DNA of 64,000 nt from Bacillales bacterium (GTDB lineage: Bacteria > Bacillota > Bacilli > Paenibacillales > CANHCR01), in NCBI GenBank assembly GCA_947459205.1, contig CANHCR010000002.1, positions 8,498 to 72,497 of the forward strand, in the 5' to 3' direction. Positions 21,401-30,999 of the stretch are shown here, one piece after another; the stretch's first letter is position 1; the number at the start of each line of letters is the position of its first letter. The notes beneath the pieces are model-generated. The model was not told the DNA's origin. It was given only the letters and a program-made list of their open reading frames with translations, and ran no database searches. The position numbers were made by a program, and so were the translations under genes.

Positions 21401-21541
21401 TTTCAACTTCTCTGTTATGAGATTTGAATTGATTTGCTGACGCAGATCACCGTAATACTCATAACCCAGAACCTCAACATTTTGAAACAGCTCCACTACT
21501 CGATTCTGCGTTGCACGCTCAGCCTCATTAATTTTGGCCAT
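18449..21541 (-). CDS. hsdR: Type I restriction endonuclease subunit R
   Basis: RPDLV.YINGIA..IELK, WHTQGSGKT, DECHR, FTGTP, LLTGFD. Confidence 0.95.
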   Translation of the reverse strand: MAKINEAERATQNRVVELFQNVEVLGYEYYGDLRQQINSNLITEKLKSFLIHSMQYSSTLADKAVETFERATGNLQPGLYKANQDVYSMLKYGAKVKEQQGEPDKTVYFIDWDNPANNEFAIAEEVTIKSNSERRPDLVVYINGIAIAVIELKKSTVSVSQGIRQNISNQSEHFNKPFFTTIQFTMAGNSGEGLRYGTIETPEKYYLEWKNDKVNTPAQPLDEVSIEILNKCTQLVDKLDWQLFSMFEKRRLLDLIHNFVVFDKGVKKICRYNQFFGIKKSQLKLRNNQGGIIWHTQGSGKTLTMVWLSKWILGNNPNARVLLVTDRDELDDQMEKVYRGVDEQVYRTSSCADLVEKLDKTEKRLICTLIHKFGVRNTSESSESKRSMEQFIQELKAALPQGFQAKGQFVVFVDECHRTQSGLLHEAMKEIIPGAIFIGFTGTPLLVKDKKKSIEVFAPGYIHTYKYDEAVADGVVLDLRYQARDVEQVITAQERIDEYFESKTRGLNDAAKAKLKEKWATMQTVYSSRKRLEVIAEDIIADFDLKNRLADGNGNAMLVADSIYSACKYYEIFQTRAFKQCAIVTSFEPNSGNLRTETDDSEEYEKYEVYTKMLNGQTPDDFEAEVKRKFVDEPAQMKLLIVVDKLLTGFDAPPCTYLYIDKSMRDHGLFQAVCRVNRLDGEQKEFGYIVDYKQLFGNLTDALNKYTSGAFDGYDDDDIKGIIKDRLTEAKKYLDETLDELDDLCGGVPAPRLELQYIHYFCGEDGVGGLDDESYSRSREKLYKLVNRLIRAYSEIKGEMLDAGYSVAEEQKIGELVIFYTALKETIGNASGDFIDLKSYEADMRRLIDTYIKADDSREIGEFDDFTLLDFVTSQGEKLSGNSKSAAAETIENNIRKKIVEKILLNPKYYEKMSAILDELIKARREGVIAYEKLLEKYVELVKQAESPENNPEYPDEVRQSAALRAFYDNFGSDVNLAIALDKAIRGNKQVDFRHNEFKERRIKSALFRVLGNKDTVEHVYSIVVQQGEY

Positions 21542-22757
21542 TACCCGCACTCTCCTCAATCAACCGTATTCTTCCGGTCAGAAGTTCGCTCATCATACCC
21601 TGTTTAATTTGACGTGCTTTACTGAGTTTCTCAATTAACGAATCAATTTCTTTGTCCATATCAGAAAGTATATTAGCAATTGCTGTCTGTTCATCAAGTA
21701 TTTTCGGAATTATAAATGTTAAATTTTTAACAATGGATTGACTTATGTTTGGTTGACCAGCACCACTCCCCTGTTCAATAATTTTGCTCCTATTTATAAG
21801 CAATAGATAATACATGAACTTCTCATCGATATTCTTCTCGAAAAACATCGCACAGCAAGCCTGATTAGTTGCGGCCTCAATATTTAATATTCCCAATCTA
21901 CCAATAGTTGCTCCATACATAGCCATTAAAACAGTACCTTTTGGAAACAACTTTGCTGATGAATTATTAAGAGCTTCAGAACTGATTTTTTCAATTGTTG
22001 AGTTAATATAATTGTCATTTAATTCGCTTGTTGTAACCCAAGGTATGCTACCCATATAGTAAGCTGGAACACTTCTCGAAGGGGTGCCTCCTGAACTTGT
22101 ATGGCCAATTTCGAAGATTTTTTTCTCCACCCATTCCCCTTCAAACCCCGGCAACCTACGTTTCCCCGTCAACAGTTCCTGCATCGCACCTTGCTTGATC
22201 GCTCGTTTCTTTTTAATCAAATTTTCTAATGACGCAATGTACTCATCTGCGTCGGATAGTGCTGATGCGATGGCGCGTTGTTCTATAATGTTCTCAGGAG
22301 CTTCAAATTCAAATTTGATAAAATCTTTTTGATATAAATGATTTATAGTTGAACCTGCAGCAAGTTTAGATAAGAAGTTTTCAAATACATGCGAGTTTAA
22401 TATGTGATACATAAAAGTTCTATCATATAATTCGTTTTTAGGACGAACCACAAATATACCGCTATTTAAAGTGGCTTTTTTATCTAGAGACTTTACTAAA
22501 GCGACCTTTCCAATCGTACCGTCTTTTGTGATTAATATATCACCATTAACTAACTGGATATTAGAATCTTGATAGTATCGATTTTTATTGACGTAGTGAC
22601 ACTTCTCCCAATAAATTTTTCCATTCAAGAAATCGGTGCCCGTAACTAAATAAGCATACCCTTCTTTAAGATACTCTGCCGTTGTAAGTCCCTGCCAACC
22701 GATTCTAGCTTTAATTGTTGAGTTCATAGAAAATTCCAAGACACTCCAACCTACCAA
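21528..22757 (-). CDS. hsdS: Type I RM specificity subunit S
   Basis: Two TRDs each followed by EQ.AIA..LS/GxMxELLTG conserved helices. Confidence 0.95.
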   Translation of the reverse strand: MVGWSVLEFSMNSTIKARIGWQGLTTAEYLKEGYAYLVTGTDFLNGKIYWEKCHYVNKNRYYQDSNIQLVNGDILITKDGTIGKVALVKSLDKKATLNSGIFVVRPKNELYDRTFMYHILNSHVFENFLSKLAAGSTINHLYQKDFIKFEFEAPENIIEQRAIASALSDADEYIASLENLIKKKRAIKQGAMQELLTGKRRLPGFEGEWVEKKIFEIGHTSSGGTPSRSVPAYYMGSIPWVTTSELNDNYINSTIEKISSEALNNSSAKLFPKGTVLMAMYGATIGRLGILNIEAATNQACCAMFFEKNIDEKFMYYLLLINRSKIIEQGSGAGQPNISQSIVKNLTFIIPKILDEQTAIANILSDMDKEIDSLIEKLSKARQIKQGMMSELLTGRIRLIEESAGNGQN

Positions 22758-25186
22758 TGAAATCCCATCCTTTCCAGATGAGATTTTACCTTACACTCCA
22801 ACTCAGCGACTTCAACTTCGAGTTCCGGTAAAGTACGCTCATAACGATCCGCCAGTTCAGATACCCTTTCCGTGATACGCTGACTAACCAATCTGTATAG
22901 TGAGAAAATACCACCTACAATCGACCGATACCACTTACGCTCAAGAAGAAGTTCCAAACACTGCGCTTCCGTTAGATGTTCATAATGTGCTCTTACCTTT
23001 TTGTCGAGTGTAACTTTCAAATCTTTCAGCGTTTTTGTTCCTTCGTCCACTCTTGTTATTAAATCAGAAAGATTCTGCAATTGTACGCGATCCTCTGAAT
23101 CAACACTTTTGTCCTTCAGTTTTTTCTTTAGTCCTGCTTTATCTACGTTTCCAGTATCTTTAATGACCTCATTGATGATAGAATCTTCCTCAAGATTTTC
23201 AAGTAGTTCGTCCAGCTCCGCTTGCGCCGATGCGATGATTGTTTCTGTATCATCAATCAGCTTTTGTTCATCACTAAAAAACATTTCAATAACAAGCGTC
23301 TTCGGAATTAGTTTACCTTCCCAACCTGACTCTGTTGTTTTCTTATCCTCGGTACCGTCCTTTTTCTTTTTAGTAGTGGTTTTCATGAACACATCAATTT
23401 CGCGAGCCGCCTGATACCCATCTTGAACAATCAAGTACACGTCATCTGACATGATGTCATTCCAATATGACAATAAGACTTCATATGCATCGTATTTGTC
23501 CACTAAGGTGACAGACTCAAAGTTCTGCAGTATACTCTCCGCTAATTTTGCTATCAACGCTTTGGGTTTGGTGTAATTGCTTATGGTGCGAAGTTGACCG
23601 TCAACCTCACCTTTCCACAACTCAAAAGCATTTTCTACTTTGTCGGCATAAGCACTGAATTCTGCATCCGCATAAATCGTTTCTCGAATCACATCTTTCT
23701 CAACCGCCAGTGAATAAAAACCTTCACGCAAAGACTGAAATAATGAGTCCTTCAAATTCGGAAATGTGTCCCAATAGAGTGAAAGACTATCAACATCAAT
23801 GCTTGGAATACCGCCACGCAAATGACCCTCGATATTTTGCAAATCGTCAACGACGCCACCATCGATGTAGCGCGGAATATTAAGATTGTACGCATTTTTT
23901 TTCTTGATTTCTTCATTAGGGACAAAACGTGAGTACTTCGACAATTCAATGCCCTGATTAAACACCTTAGTAATCTTATACACATCACGTTCTCGAAGCC
24001 GATTTTTGTTGCCGTCTTTGATGAAATCACGACTTGCATCAATCATGAAAATCCCTTCACGATTTTCCGCATTTTCTTTATCAATCACGACAATACATGC
24101 CGGAATACCCGTTCCATAGAACAGGTTAGCCGGTAAACCAATAATCCCTTTGATGTACCCTTTGTCGATCAATGATTGTCGGATTGTCGCCTCAGCGTTA
24201 CCTCGGAACAGTACCCCATGAGGAAGAATGACTGCCGCTTTACCGTTCCATTTTAATGACTTGATGATGTGAAGTAACCATGCAAAATCTCCGTTCTTCT
24301 GAGGTGGTCGGTCACCGTACCCATCAAAACGATTATACTCTTTCAATCCGTGTGTCCAGTTCTTATCGGAGAACGGTGGATTGACGACTGCATAATCAAA
24401 TTGACGCAACTCATCATCGTTGTTTTCCTTTAGAAACTGTGGTGCGGAAAACGCACTGTATCCGCCTTTAATCTCGGCTGTCGCTTTGTTGTGAAGCACA
24501 AGGTTCATCCGTGCGAGCCCTGCAGTTACCCCTTCTTTCTCTTGACCATAAATCGCTACTTCTACAGGTGCAGCTTCAGCTGCACGAATCAGTAGAGACC
24601 CGGAACCACATGCAGGATCGTACAATGTGGTCTCTCCTGCTTTAGCGTTCTCGATACCGACAACCTTCGCCAGTATTCGCGATACCTCAGCAGGTGTATA
24701 GAATTGACCCTTGCTCTTTCCACTCTCGGTTGCAAAGTTACGCATCAAATATTCGTAAGCGTCGCCGATAATATCGTCTCCATCTGCACGATTACGACTG
24801 AAGTCCGGCATTTGGTCGCGGAAGATACAAATCAAATCACTCAACTTGTCGACCATCTCTTTACCCTTACCGAGCTTGTCCTCATTGTTAAAGTGAGCGT
24901 TATTGATTACCCCGCGAAGATTGTTTGCCTCAGCGAGTTTAGCAATAATTTTGTCCATTTCTTCGCCGATGTTCTTGTTCCCGACCAATGCAACCATATC
25001 ATCAAAGCTCCCGCCTTCAGGAACCTCAATGTCTCCGTATGCCACACCCTTATACTTATCTGAAACGTACTTCACAAACAACAATGTAAGGATATAATCT
25101 TTATATTGCGAGGCGTCCATACCGCCTCGCAAAGCATCACAACTCGCCCACAACGAACTGTATAAAGCACTCTTTTTGACTGCCAT
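22751..25186 (-). CDS. hsdM: Type I RM methyltransferase subunit M
   Basis: GQFYTP, YDPACGSG, NPPFS, LPHGVLFRG. Confidence 0.95.
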   Translation of the reverse strand: MAVKKSALYSSLWASCDALRGGMDASQYKDYILTLLFVKYVSDKYKGVAYGDIEVPEGGSFDDMVALVGNKNIGEEMDKIIAKLAEANNLRGVINNAHFNNEDKLGKGKEMVDKLSDLICIFRDQMPDFSRNRADGDDIIGDAYEYLMRNFATESGKSKGQFYTPAEVSRILAKVVGIENAKAGETTLYDPACGSGSLLIRAAEAAPVEVAIYGQEKEGVTAGLARMNLVLHNKATAEIKGGYSAFSAPQFLKENNDDELRQFDYAVVNPPFSDKNWTHGLKEYNRFDGYGDRPPQKNGDFAWLLHIIKSLKWNGKAAVILPHGVLFRGNAEATIRQSLIDKGYIKGIIGLPANLFYGTGIPACIVVIDKENAENREGIFMIDASRDFIKDGNKNRLRERDVYKITKVFNQGIELSKYSRFVPNEEIKKKNAYNLNIPRYIDGGVVDDLQNIEGHLRGGIPSIDVDSLSLYWDTFPNLKDSLFQSLREGFYSLAVEKDVIRETIYADAEFSAYADKVENAFELWKGEVDGQLRTISNYTKPKALIAKLAESILQNFESVTLVDKYDAYEVLLSYWNDIMSDDVYLIVQDGYQAAREIDVFMKTTTKKKKDGTEDKKTTESGWEGKLIPKTLVIEMFFSDEQKLIDDTETIIASAQAELDELLENLEEDSIINEVIKDTGNVDKAGLKKKLKDKSVDSEDRVQLQNLSDLITRVDEGTKTLKDLKVTLDKKVRAHYEHLTEAQCLELLLERKWYRSIVGGIFSLYRLVSQRITERVSELADRYERTLPELEVEVAELECKVKSHLERMGFHW

Positions 25187-25404
25187 AAATTCTCCTCGCT
25201 TATCCATTTGTTTATTATGTAAATAGTGTTAAAACCATCATGTGTATAGTATACCCGATTCACATCGAAGGAGCGTAGCATTTAACCAAAACATTCAAAA
25301 TAAAAAAGTCCTCCTTACAACTCAATCCGCTCATCGTCACAACTCCTCCTTCACACTCCCTCTCATTTTTCACACAAGTCCTCCTAAATTCATTCAATCA
25401 ATCG

Positions 25405-25470
25405 ATAATGTATATAATGTATATAATGTATATAATGTACTTTGCCCGCTAGTCCCCTATTTATATAACC
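25405..25470. repeat. 9-bp tandem repeat (ATAATGTAT)x4 plus cccctatttatataacc; TAATGT element copy 3
   Basis: Read directly from the sequence. Confidence 0.8.
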
Positions 25471-25673
25471 AGCATCTACCGTATGATCCATAATGTAAAA
25501 ATCAAGTTACTCATTACAAAGCCAATGTCATCATGAAATTTTAATTATTTAAAAAACTTTTTATACAAGGTAAATCGTCATGTTTGATTTGCTCCATCAA
25601 ATGAATGTAAAGGTCCGCACATATACACATATGCAGACACTTTTAGCGACCCCATAGCTGCACTCGAATAAAC

Positions 25674-25703
25674 AAAAAGACAACGACAGTGATGTCGTTG
25701 TCT
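25674..25703 (-). terminator. Intrinsic terminator just downstream of the decayed tRNA
   Basis: AGACAACGACA-TCAC-TGTCGTTGTCT-TTTT. Confidence 0.75.
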
Positions 25704-25711
25704 CGAGGATA

Positions 25712-25784
25712 TGGAAGGTAAGGAATCGAACCCATAAAGCTACTTCATGCCATTCTGGTACCCGCAAAACCAGACCAATTCCCC
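25712..25784 (-). pseudogene. Decayed tRNA-Ala(GGC)
   Basis: 73 nt: GGGG start, TGGCATG anticodon loop, GGTTCGATTCC T-loop, TTCCA end with G3-U70 retained; D and anticodon stems broken. Confidence 0.6.
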
Positions 25785-25786
25785 TC

Positions 25787-25835
25787 ATGTGCAGTAGCCA
25801 GCTCGTCCTGCCGTGTTAACTACTTTAACTGCTAT
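25787..25835. repeat. att-like site (core gtcctgcc, arm gtgttaactactttaactgctat)
   Basis: Arm identical to that at 46024-46051. Confidence 0.8.
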
Positions 25836-25851
25836 TGACCTTCGCGAATGT

Positions 25852-26136
25852 TCATGCTATTTGGTCTTGCGGCACAATTGGACATCTTTCAAAAATGGTA
25901 TCAGGACAAATATCAACACACTCTTCAGGATCTCGTTGGCCGGTCAAATCCCATGCTAATGTTCCATTCATTACTGTACATCTTTCAAAAAAAATAATAT
26001 CATCGTCTAATTGCTGAAAAATTCCACCACGTTGGATTAACATGTTCGCATCATAAACCCGTACATAACCGTCATCAAAAAACACATGTACCAAACGATT
26101 TTCTTTCGGTTGAACACCATATATTTTAGGTCTCAT
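25852..26136 (-). CDS. DUF2442 family antitoxin
   Basis: LVHVFFDDG..RVYD..TLAWD..VDICPDTIFE. Confidence 0.8.
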   Translation of the reverse strand: MRPKIYGVQPKENRLVHVFFDDGYVRVYDANMLIQRGGIFQQLDDDIIFFERCTVMNGTLAWDLTGQRDPEECVDICPDTIFERCPIVPQDQIA

Positions 26137-26147
26137 CTTTTTCCCCT

Positions 26148-26327
26148 CTACGCAAGCGGTACAATTTTTTTCATTACTTTACCTTGTAAGCCATTGTTCC
26201 AATTCTCCAACAGCTCTTCCTTGTGTAACTCAGCCCAAGCTAAAACAAGTCTCGCCTGCTTGTTCGGCAACATATTCTTGATAAACGCACCTTGCTGAAT
26301 ATCAAATACGGACTCAATCCCATTGTG
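26148..26327 (-). pseudogene. 5'-truncated DUF4160 toxin
   Basis: Own translation ESVFDIQQGAFIKNMLPNKQARLVLAWAELHKEELLENWN..IVPLA*; in-frame stop just upstream, N-terminal HxPPH part missing. Confidence 0.75.
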
Positions 26328-26530
26328 TTACCACCAATCAGAGCGGTACGACGCTCTTGAACAATATCATCATCATAGTAACCTTTATTCTAACCGTGGG
26401 AGCGGGAGCAAATAAACCTACGTCAATCGTTATCCTTACCACACTTTACTCTCTTAAGAAAACCCTGCGCTTAAATCGCCCATCTCAAACTTCCTCATCA
26501 CACCCGACTTTATACCTTCATTCAATTCCA

Positions 26531-26589
26531 TCATGTCTTTCGTTTTAATAATGTATGTAATGTTATAATGTCCTCTTTATTAATAAGCC
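26531..26589. repeat. TAATGT-iterated element, copy 4
   Basis: Close match to 13255-13314. Confidence 0.7.
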
Positions 26590-26653
26590 GCCTAAAAAAT
26601 AAGCTTTGAAATATCCTTTTTGTAATTACGCAAAGTTCTTTATTTCATCAATT

Positions 26654-27037
26654 TCACTTTTTTCTCCACCACTCACGACCAAAAATTCTAGTCCCAACTT
26701 TGATAATATTAATCTCATCATGTGAGGGGAATTGCTCCATCATCATTAACTGGTATCGAGCGCATGGGGTGAATCGCTTGAACACTTCAGATAGAGTTTC
26801 CATTTTCACAGACGACGTGTATAAGACGTCAAATTCTACGTTCAGAAAATGATTGTCATTTATCTCATCCAAAACGGTGTTCTTCATGGCATCAAGTTGA
26901 TTCGCAATAAGTAAATTACCACGCTGAACTGCCACTTCTAATTCTCCATTGATGGTTCGAATACTCATCCGATCTGGCAACTCAACATATAATCTTGCTC
27001 GAGAATCATCAATTAAAATAAGATAGCGAACTGTCAT
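26654..27037 (-). CDS. Hypothetical protein, last gene of the Sir2/Hsp70/HerA cluster
   Basis: RBS GGGAGG; 26 bp from the upstream gene. Confidence 0.75.
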   Translation of the reverse strand: MTVRYLILIDDSRARLYVELPDRMSIRTINGELEVAVQRGNLLIANQLDAMKNTVLDEINDNHFLNVEFDVLYTSSVKMETLSEVFKRFTPCARYQLMMMEQFPSHDEINIIKVGTRIFGREWWRKK

Positions 27038-27063
27038 TTGTCATCCTCCCTTGAAGGTATCCA

Positions 27064-27735
27064 CTATTCAGACGGCACTCGAAGTGAACGCATGATATCT
27101 GAAATTTTATCCTCTGAAACCTGCGGATTAATCGCTTTTTCAACAGCGCGAACCATTCCTTCGATATCCTTCTTATCAGTTAGCAGAATGCTTTTCTGAG
27201 CCATGTAATCCTGTAAAGGTTTAACTGGTACATCATTATTCTTGAGATAATCAATATAACTTGGAATTCGCTCCGTACCGGCAACCCATAAGTCCGGTCT
27301 TTTGGAAAACTCGACAAGTAATTCGCCAATTCCGGAGCCGAATTTTTCCATTGTAAGTCCCAAAGCCACTTGGGCACCTCTTTCGAGTTTATCGTACTCT
27401 TTGATTTCTTTGGATTTTTCAGGATCCACTTCAAAATTACGAATGGCCTCCACATACTCCTCATAAGTTTTGTAGTTTTCAGGCTTGATACCTTTATCTG
27501 CTGCCTGAATCGCTTTGTCACCTAAATCTTCAACTTTTTCTGCAGCATCAAATAAACCGAGTTTTTTGGCAATGCTTAATACCGTACTTGCAATGTCAAT
27601 GACCGTTAACACAGTTCCTATAACCGGATTCAATCGGCCCAACACGCCAACCATCAATTTAGTAGCTGTATTTGATATACCCAATGCTCCACCCAAACTG
27701 CTCAATGCCGAACCTAATGAACTGAAAAACCCCAT
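27064..27735 (-). CDS. Hypothetical protein with N-terminal Gly-rich amphipathic helices; HerA partner
   Basis: MGFFSSLGSALSSLGGALG..; 16 bp after the ATPase stop. Confidence 0.75.
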   Translation of the reverse strand: MGFFSSLGSALSSLGGALGISNTATKLMVGVLGRLNPVIGTVLTVIDIASTVLSIAKKLGLFDAAEKVEDLGDKAIQAADKGIKPENYKTYEEYVEAIRNFEVDPEKSKEIKEYDKLERGAQVALGLTMEKFGSGIGELLVEFSKRPDLWVAGTERIPSYIDYLKNNDVPVKPLQDYMAQKSILLTDKKDIEGMVRAVEKAINPQVSEDKISDIMRSLRVPSE

Positions 27736-27751
27736 AAAAAACACCCCTTAA

Positions 27752-30700
27752 TTATTGAATAATGTCAACAAGTTTATCTGCAACTAATATTTGTTCCGCT
27801 TCGTCATTTGTCTTTTGCAACTCAAGTAAATGATTATAAAAATCCCCTTGATTAACTTGAATGAAGCCAAGTACCTCCCTATATTTTTGAAACCGATTTA
27901 GTGATTCATCAATCAATTCCCTCGCGTTAATACCGAGCTCGTCACTGACCCGGATCGTCGCAGCAAATAATTCAAGAAAGTCTGGTAATTTGGTTTTCCC
28001 CCTCCAAGCCTTATCACTACTACGCTTTACTAAGCATCTGCGAGCAACTGATAAATATCGTGTCAGTTTCCCCGTGGATTCAATTTCCTTTTCAACATCG
28101 TTCATTGATCTGACCAGAGTTGCGAAACGCTTACCAACAATCCCATCTAAATGTTCTCGGAAACTCGGCCAATTCATATGTTTGATTTCTTTATCCTCAA
28201 GTTCAGCGCTCGATGTGTCAGCATTTCTGACAACCTTTATATTGACAGGTTTCGTCCAACCTTCGGTGAACATAATAGCTTGTCCCGGTTCCAATGAAGA
28301 TAAGAACTGTTTTTGTTTGTCATTCATCATCATCGTATCGCCAATCGCTTCCTTATCATCTTTGGCAAGTAACTTATGAATTATTTTTGTATTCGTATTC
28401 TTCAGAACCTCTGGCGCTAATTTGTTCGGGATTTGATCGACAATAATCAGTCCCTCGCCGTATTTTCGCACCTCTGCAAGCAGATCAGCGAACATCTCCA
28501 CCGCATTCCGCTTCGCGCCTGAATCATGTCCATCTGACTTGGAAAGTAAACGATGTGCTTCCTCGACGAGCGTCAAATGGCGAAAATGATGATCCTTACG
28601 ATGACGACGCTTAATCGCATCAGTCATACGCACCAAAATCAAGCCAATTAAAAACGCCTTGTCCTCAGGTGCCTTCAATTCTTCCAATTCTAAAATCGTT
28701 CGACTATCCAGCAACTTTTCAAAATCAATCGATTTTCGACAATTTAACATCTGTCCTTTGCTACCGACAGTCAGATTGTTGAATCGACTCACAAGCGAAC
28801 CGACATAGTTCTGTTTCAATTCAGGAGCGAAATTTTTCGACTCAACGACCTTATCGAGCGTATTGATAAAATCAGACAATGTAGGGAAAAATATGCCTTC
28901 ATCATCCTCCCAAGGATCCTCCGTCTTTCGATTCTCATTGATGTCAATGTCCCAACCAAAATCCTCATACGTCTTGTACAACGCTTCTTCCAAAAGTTGC
29001 GGCATTGCTGCTTCCATATGAAAAGCGGCGGTGAACGAAGCCTTTAGTAAATCAATGTGTGAACTGATTATAGTATCCCGCAATAATTCGAACGGATTGA
29101 AGCGAAATGGAGCTAATTGCTCCTTTCCGAGTGTCCAGATTGTGATACCAAGTTCTCGGAACTGATTGAGCAACACACGATATTCTGTTTTTGCCGGCTC
29201 TATCACCAGAAAAGGAAGTTGCGATTCAATCAATAAGCGCTGACATGTCGTCGTTTTACCAGACCCTGTCACACCTGCTACAAAGACGTGCTTCATCAAA
29301 TTATCGCGAGAAATCAAAACTTGATTACGCGGCAATTCTTCACCTCGTTGCATTACATGCCCAAGCAACACCGTTCGCTCACTACCAACTTCGATTGTCG
29401 GAATATTTATCCCGAATTCCACTCCTTCTTGAAGCGGGATTCCAGACACCTCCTTCAAAGGAATTCCCGCCATGATGCTAATTTCATGTGGCGTGAGATA
29501 TGTGGATAATCCCACAGAACGATTTTTCTCATCAATGGGTAAGCCTCGCAAATGAGCAACCTCAGCAGACAAATTCTCCGGTGCCAAGGAATTAAATGTT
29601 TGATAATGAGTAATTAGACTCGTTTCATTTTCACTTGTCTTGCCATCAGTAGATGGATTCCCAAAAGGAACCATCGCAAGCGGCATGACACTCACCGTAT
29701 CTCCCTGATATGTGGACATCAAGCATGTGCGGAGTTGCTCATAAGTCAATAAATCTTGAGCCAACGCGTACAAACTTGTTTTGAAAAGTCCCTTACTCAT
29801 GCCCAGACGCAATCGTTTCAATAACTCTTCGTCCAAATATTTCATCGTATCATTCGCACGCTTGTCGAGAATCTCCTGTGAAATCGATCCTCCTCGATTT
29901 GTACCGACTTGATTGCTGACACCTACGCCTCTGTTCTTAGTAACTGTGTCAGTCTCGCTCATACCTTTGGTATCGGTTACTGATACACCTTTGCTTGTTC
30001 CACGCTGTGTACCTACAGTGGTGGATTGACTCGTTGTGCGACTGGTTGATGATGAATTTTTACCATCTTCATCTGAACTGGAAGTAGAATGTGTAGTACT
30101 GAATCCATCTGTTTTTGAGCGGCTACTCCCTTCATTTTCTCCGAGGTTGATACCTAACGCTCGACTATCACTGGTTCCTCTAGCATAGGAATCACTATCT
30201 CCTACGTTAATCGACGTGGAAGAACCATCACTCTCACCCGCCGTCAATTGAAAACTGACTTTCGAAACTCGCTGAATCTCATCATACATATCGGAGAGAA
30301 TTTCAATCTCTCGGTCCACGACTGCTCGTTCAACAGGCTCGCAGACAATGACGATCTGCCATTCTTTCCCTCGCATAGCGTTAATCACGCGGTCAATGCC
30401 CTGAACATCAATCTGTTGTTGCGTACTCTGTTGCTTTTCTGTTTCACTGATATTCGGTACGCCAAACAACAAACCTGCACGTTGCATCTTCGCTGCTGAA
30501 CCAAGTAACTTTTCTTCGATTTCTTGGCGCGATAAGTGATGCAACTTGCTCCCCTGAAAGTGTGCAGCGATTCCCCTGCTCAGAATGTTATTAATATCTT
30601 TTGCTTTATACCGAATTTGTTGTTCTGTCAGTCCCTGCTGATTGATACGGTTATTGACAATACCTAGATAAATATCAACCTGATGACCGTTGCCAGATAA

Positions 30701-30982
30701 AATATAGACAAAATTAAACAAAGGGTTATCAAGCATCGAGACGATACTCTCCATCGCCTCGCGACGGGGGATTTCTTGATCGTGACTGATTGACTTCAGT
30801 TGCCAAAATGAACACTCCGGCCAGTCTAGCCGATCGTTAAACAATGATTTTTCCAAAATATCATCGGCACTCAATTGAGTAATCGGTTGCTGACGCAACA
30901 TCTGCAACCAATTTTTTTCCGTATCCAAATGTTGAATCGCAGTAACATTCGTTGGAAATGGGATTAACTCATTTTCATTCAT
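27752..30982 (-). CDS. HerA/FtsK-family (DUF87) ATPase with Ser/Thr/Gly-rich insert
   Basis: HVFVAGVTGSGKT, LVIEPAKTEY, LVEEAHR, EVRKYGEGLIIVDQIP, KNTNTKIIHKL. Confidence 0.9.
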   Translation of the reverse strand: MNENELIPFPTNVTAIQHLDTEKNWLQMLRQQPITQLSADDILEKSLFNDRLDWPECSFWQLKSISHDQEIPRREAMESIVSMLDNPLFNFVYILSGNGHQVDIYLGIVNNRINQQGLTEQQIRYKAKDINNILSRGIAAHFQGSKLHHLSRQEIEEKLLGSAAKMQRAGLLFGVPNISETEKQQSTQQQIDVQGIDRVINAMRGKEWQIVIVCEPVERAVVDREIEILSDMYDEIQRVSKVSFQLTAGESDGSSTSINVGDSDSYARGTSDSRALGINLGENEGSSRSKTDGFSTTHSTSSSDEDGKNSSSTSRTTSQSTTVGTQRGTSKGVSVTDTKGMSETDTVTKNRGVGVSNQVGTNRGGSISQEILDKRANDTMKYLDEELLKRLRLGMSKGLFKTSLYALAQDLLTYEQLRTCLMSTYQGDTVSVMPLAMVPFGNPSTDGKTSENETSLITHYQTFNSLAPENLSAEVAHLRGLPIDEKNRSVGLSTYLTPHEISIMAGIPLKEVSGIPLQEGVEFGINIPTIEVGSERTVLLGHVMQRGEELPRNQVLISRDNLMKHVFVAGVTGSGKTTTCQRLLIESQLPFLVIEPAKTEYRVLLNQFRELGITIWTLGKEQLAPFRFNPFELLRDTIISSHIDLLKASFTAAFHMEAAMPQLLEEALYKTYEDFGWDIDINENRKTEDPWEDDEGIFFPTLSDFINTLDKVVESKNFAPELKQNYVGSLVSRFNNLTVGSKGQMLNCRKSIDFEKLLDSRTILELEELKAPEDKAFLIGLILVRMTDAIKRRHRKDHHFRHLTLVEEAHRLLSKSDGHDSGAKRNAVEMFADLLAEVRKYGEGLIIVDQIPNKLAPEVLKNTNTKIIHKLLAKDDKEAIGDTMMMNDKQKQFLSSLEPGQAIMFTEGWTKPVNIKVVRNADTSSAELEDKEIKHMNWPSFREHLDGIVGKRFATLVRSMNDVEKEIESTGKLTRYLSVARRCLVKRSSDKAWRGKTKLPDFLELFAATIRVSDELGINARELIDESLNRFQKYREVLGFIQVNQGDFYNHLLELQKTNDEAEQILVADKLVDIIQ

Positions 30983-30999
30983 TGTTTCACCTCGATTTT

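Noticed and set aside
25242-25788. ORFs 25242-25493 (NVYNVY) and 25597-25788
   Set aside because: Artefacts of the 9-bp tandem repeat and the tRNA relic/terminator
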